DNA from: an uncultured Alphaproteobacteria bacterium
GTDB taxonomy: Bacteria > Pseudomonadota > Alphaproteobacteria > Rhizobiales > Xanthobacteraceae
Length of the DNA: 64,000 nt
Assembly (NCBI GenBank): GCA_963814625.1
Contig: CAWFDQ010000008.1
Span: 218,902 to 282,901, forward strand
Direction of reading: 5' to 3'
A program made the translations under genes and the position numbers. How positions within the stretch are numbered: position 1 is the first letter of the stretch; every line of letters begins with the position of its first letter. The notes under the pieces are model-generated. The model was given only the letters and a program-made list of their open reading frames with translations. It had not been told where the DNA came from and searched no databases. Positions 62,139 through 64,000 of the stretch are shown piece after piece.

Positions 62139-64000
62139 CGAATCTCCCCGTCCGCCATGGCCGCGCCTTTCATGTTGCGATTGCGCCCGGCGATCGCTGC
62201 AAGCGCGTAGCCCAGCTTGCTGATCGGCTGCGCGCTCTTGCTCAAGACCAGGAGCGTGCGTTCGGCCAGAAAGCTGCGCTCGTTGTCGGTCAGCTCCTTG
62301 GCGGTGAGGACAACGATGGGCAGGTCGACGAATTGCGGATTTTGCCGCACGTGGTCTAAAAATTCGAAACCGTCCATCTTCGGCATCATCAGATCCAGCA
62401 GCACGAGCGCGGGCTGCGGGTTGCCGCCAAGCCAATCCAGCGCCGCCTGCCCGCTGGCGGCATCGACTGCCTGCATGCCCACGCTCTCGATCGTCGTCTT
62501 GACCATGGCGCGGACGTCGGGATCATCGTCGATGACCAGCACCACGCCATCCACTTTAGTGGCTGCGAATTTTTGAATGAGCGCGATCAGCCGGTTGCGG
62601 TCGATCGGTTTGGTCATGTATTCGGAAGCGCCAAGCGAGAATCCCAGATTGCGGTGGTCGACGATGGTCAGCATGATGACGGGAATGTGCGCAAGCTGCG
62701 GCTCGGACTTCATGATGCCGAGCACCGACCAGCCATCCAGTTTCGGCATCATGACGTCGAGGGTGACGATATCGGGCGGGTTGGTGCGCATGATATTCAA
62801 GGCTTCGATGCCGTCCTTGGCGTGGACGATCTGATAACCCTCCTTGCCAAGCGTGGCCGCAAGCACGTCGTGAACGGCGGGATCGTCGTCGACTACGAGC
62901 ACCTTGATGGCGCCCGATGACGGCTCGTGGACGACAGCGGACCGGTTGCTATCGAGATCCAGGTCGTCGTCCGCCACCGCTTTGGTCGCGCGATCCGGCA
63001 GCAGGATCGTAAAGGTCGAGCCCTGGCGCGGCGTGCTCTTCGCGTCGATCGAGCCGCCCAACATGGCGCAGAAGTGCCGCGTAATGGTCAGGCCAAGACC
63101 GGTGCCGCCGAAATTGCGCGTAGTCGACGAATCCGCTTGCGTGAACGCCTGAAACAAGCGGCCCATCTGCTCCTCGGTCATACCGATGCCGCTGTCGATG
63201 ACCTCGAATCTGAGCCACGGGGCGCCCTCCCGCTCTTCGCGGGAAAGCCGTAGCGTCACCGTACCGTCCTTGGTGAATTTCGCGGCGTTACTGAGAAGAT
63301 TGATGATGCTTTGTTTGAGCTTGGTGAGGTCGGTCTGCAGAGAACCGATGTTGGGCGGGCACTCAATTACCAGTTTGTTGCCGTTTTTCATCATCATCGG
63401 TTCGACGATGGTCTTCACCTCGTCGACCAGCCGGCTGAGGAACACGTGCTCCAGATAAACGTCCATACGTCCGGCTTCGATCTTTGATAGATCGAGAATG
63501 TCGTTGATAAGACCGAGAAGATGCTTCCCGGCCGCTTGAATCTTTTCCAGATCCGCCATGCTCGCCTTGTCGCCACGATCGGATGCGTCTTCCAGCAGAA
63601 TCTCGCTGTAGCCGATGATGGCGTTGAGCGGCGTGCGCAATTCGTGACTCATATTGGCAAGAAACGACGATTTGACCCTACTCGCCGACTCGGCGGCTTC
63701 TTTGGCGTCGTGCAGCAGCTTTTCGGCCTTTTTGCGCTCAGTAATGTCGGTGTAGATGGCGATAAAGCCGCCGCCCGGTACCGGATCGCGCCGCACTTCA
63801 AGCACGGTGCCGTCGGGGCGCACGCGCTCAAATGAGTGCGATCGATCGAGCATCGCCAAGCGCTTCTGCAAAGCTTCCTCGATATCGACGTCGTCGCCGA
63901 ATTCGCCGCGCGCGCCAATGTAGCGGATGTAATCCGAAAACGTCCGGTCGGTACCGAGGAACTCGTCGGGCATTTCCAAATATTGGCGAAACAGTTCGTT
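62135..64000 (-). CDS. Hybrid sensor histidine kinase (PAS-like, HisKA, HATPase_c and two receiver domains); the N-terminus lies beyond the window end
   Basis: The H-box is MSHELRTPLNAIIGYSE and the G-boxes are DSGIGM and GGTGLGL. The receivers are VLVVDDDPAV…LDVMMPKLDG and VLVIDDDPDV…LDLMMPKMDG. The frame remains open upstream of the Met at 63979. Confidence 0.9.
   Translation of the reverse strand, partial: NELFRQYLEMPDEFLGTDRTFSDYIRYIGARGEFGDDVDIEEALQKRLAMLDRSHSFERVRPDGTVLEVRRDPVPGGGFIAIYTDITERKKAEKLLHDAKEAAESASRVKSSFLANMSHELRTPLNAIIGYSEILLEDASDRGDKASMADLEKIQAAGKHLLGLINDILDLSKIEAGRMDVYLEHVFLSRLVDEVKTIVEPMMMKNGNKLVIECPPNIGSLQTDLTKLKQSIINLLSNAAKFTKDGTVTLRLSREEREGAPWLRFEVIDSGIGMTEEQMGRLFQAFTQADSSTTRNFGGTGLGLTITRHFCAMLGGSIDAKSTPRQGSTFTILLPDRATKAVADDDLDLDSNRSAVVHEPSSGAIKVLVVDDDPAVHDVLAATLGKEGYQIVHAKDGIEALNIMRTNPPDIVTLDVMMPKLDGWSVLGIMKSEPQLAHIPVIMLTIVDHRNLGFSLGASEYMTKPIDRNRLIALIQKFAATKVDGVVLVIDDDPDVRAMVKTTIESVGMQAVDAASGQAALDWLGGNPQPALVLLDLMMPKMDGFEFLDHVRQNPQFVDLPIVVLTAKELTDNERSFLAERTLLVLSKSAQPISKLGYALAAIAGRNRNMKGAAMADGEIR

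Overview
This is a high-GC (roughly 63-65%) chromosomal segment. Its gene content and REP-like hairpins resemble a Bradyrhizobiaceae/Nitrobacteraceae-type alphaproteobacterium; that lineage call is inference only. I can support about 60 protein genes. I found no rRNA, tRNA, CRISPR array, transposase, integrase or phage genes.

Layout:
- 1-20.3 kb: an accessory catabolic and transport block. It holds NMT1-like proteins, an orphan CoxL-type molybdoenzyme subunit, a crotonase, hydantoinase A/B, three tandem paralogous ABC binding proteins with one ATPase and two permeases, a PhtD-like protein, an alpha/beta hydrolase, an ornithine cyclodeaminase-family enzyme, a LysR regulator and a bicupin.
- 20.3-40.9 kb: mostly housekeeping genes. 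These are a fourth binding-protein paralogue, an MFS pump, cpdR, a formylglutamate amidohydrolase-like gene, hisN-like, a lysophospholipase-like hydrolase, a ROSE-controlled hsp20, a Pro-rich PepSY protein, threonine aldolase, gltBD, an SGNH hydrolase, an ornithine decarboxylase behind a long leader, and a ROK kinase.
- 40.9-46.8 kb: a zinc block with a WD40 plus COG0523/CobW GTPase operon, a Bug/TctC protein, and Zur-box-controlled znuACB.
- 46.9-64 kb: kdgK, a Tat-signal small subunit with two tandem GMC flavoprotein paralogues, a Co-type nitrile hydratase operon divergent from TRAP permeases, a UbiD decarboxylase, a secreted sCache protein plus an MCP, an SDR, TauE, and a hybrid histidine kinase translationally coupled to a receiver.

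The dominant anomaly is about 50 single-base frame changes interrupting about 22 genes. Roughly 30 of them fall in 0.4-11.6 kb, and none fall in 39.6-52.3 kb or 55.8-64 kb. I label those genes pseudogene, meaning frame-disrupted as assembled. The sequence alone cannot tell real decay from assembly indels.

Other supportable observations:
- a promoter-to-terminator candidate sRNA with CCUCC motifs;
- a ROSE thermometer with the diagnostic bulged G;
- a probable speF-type leader;
- an 800-bp low-GC cassette bounded by a perfect 45-bp direct repeat;
- gene-conversion tracts between the GMC paralogues;
- His/Asp-rich tails on three metal-related proteins.

I do not see a clear-cut novel multi-gene system such as a defence island.
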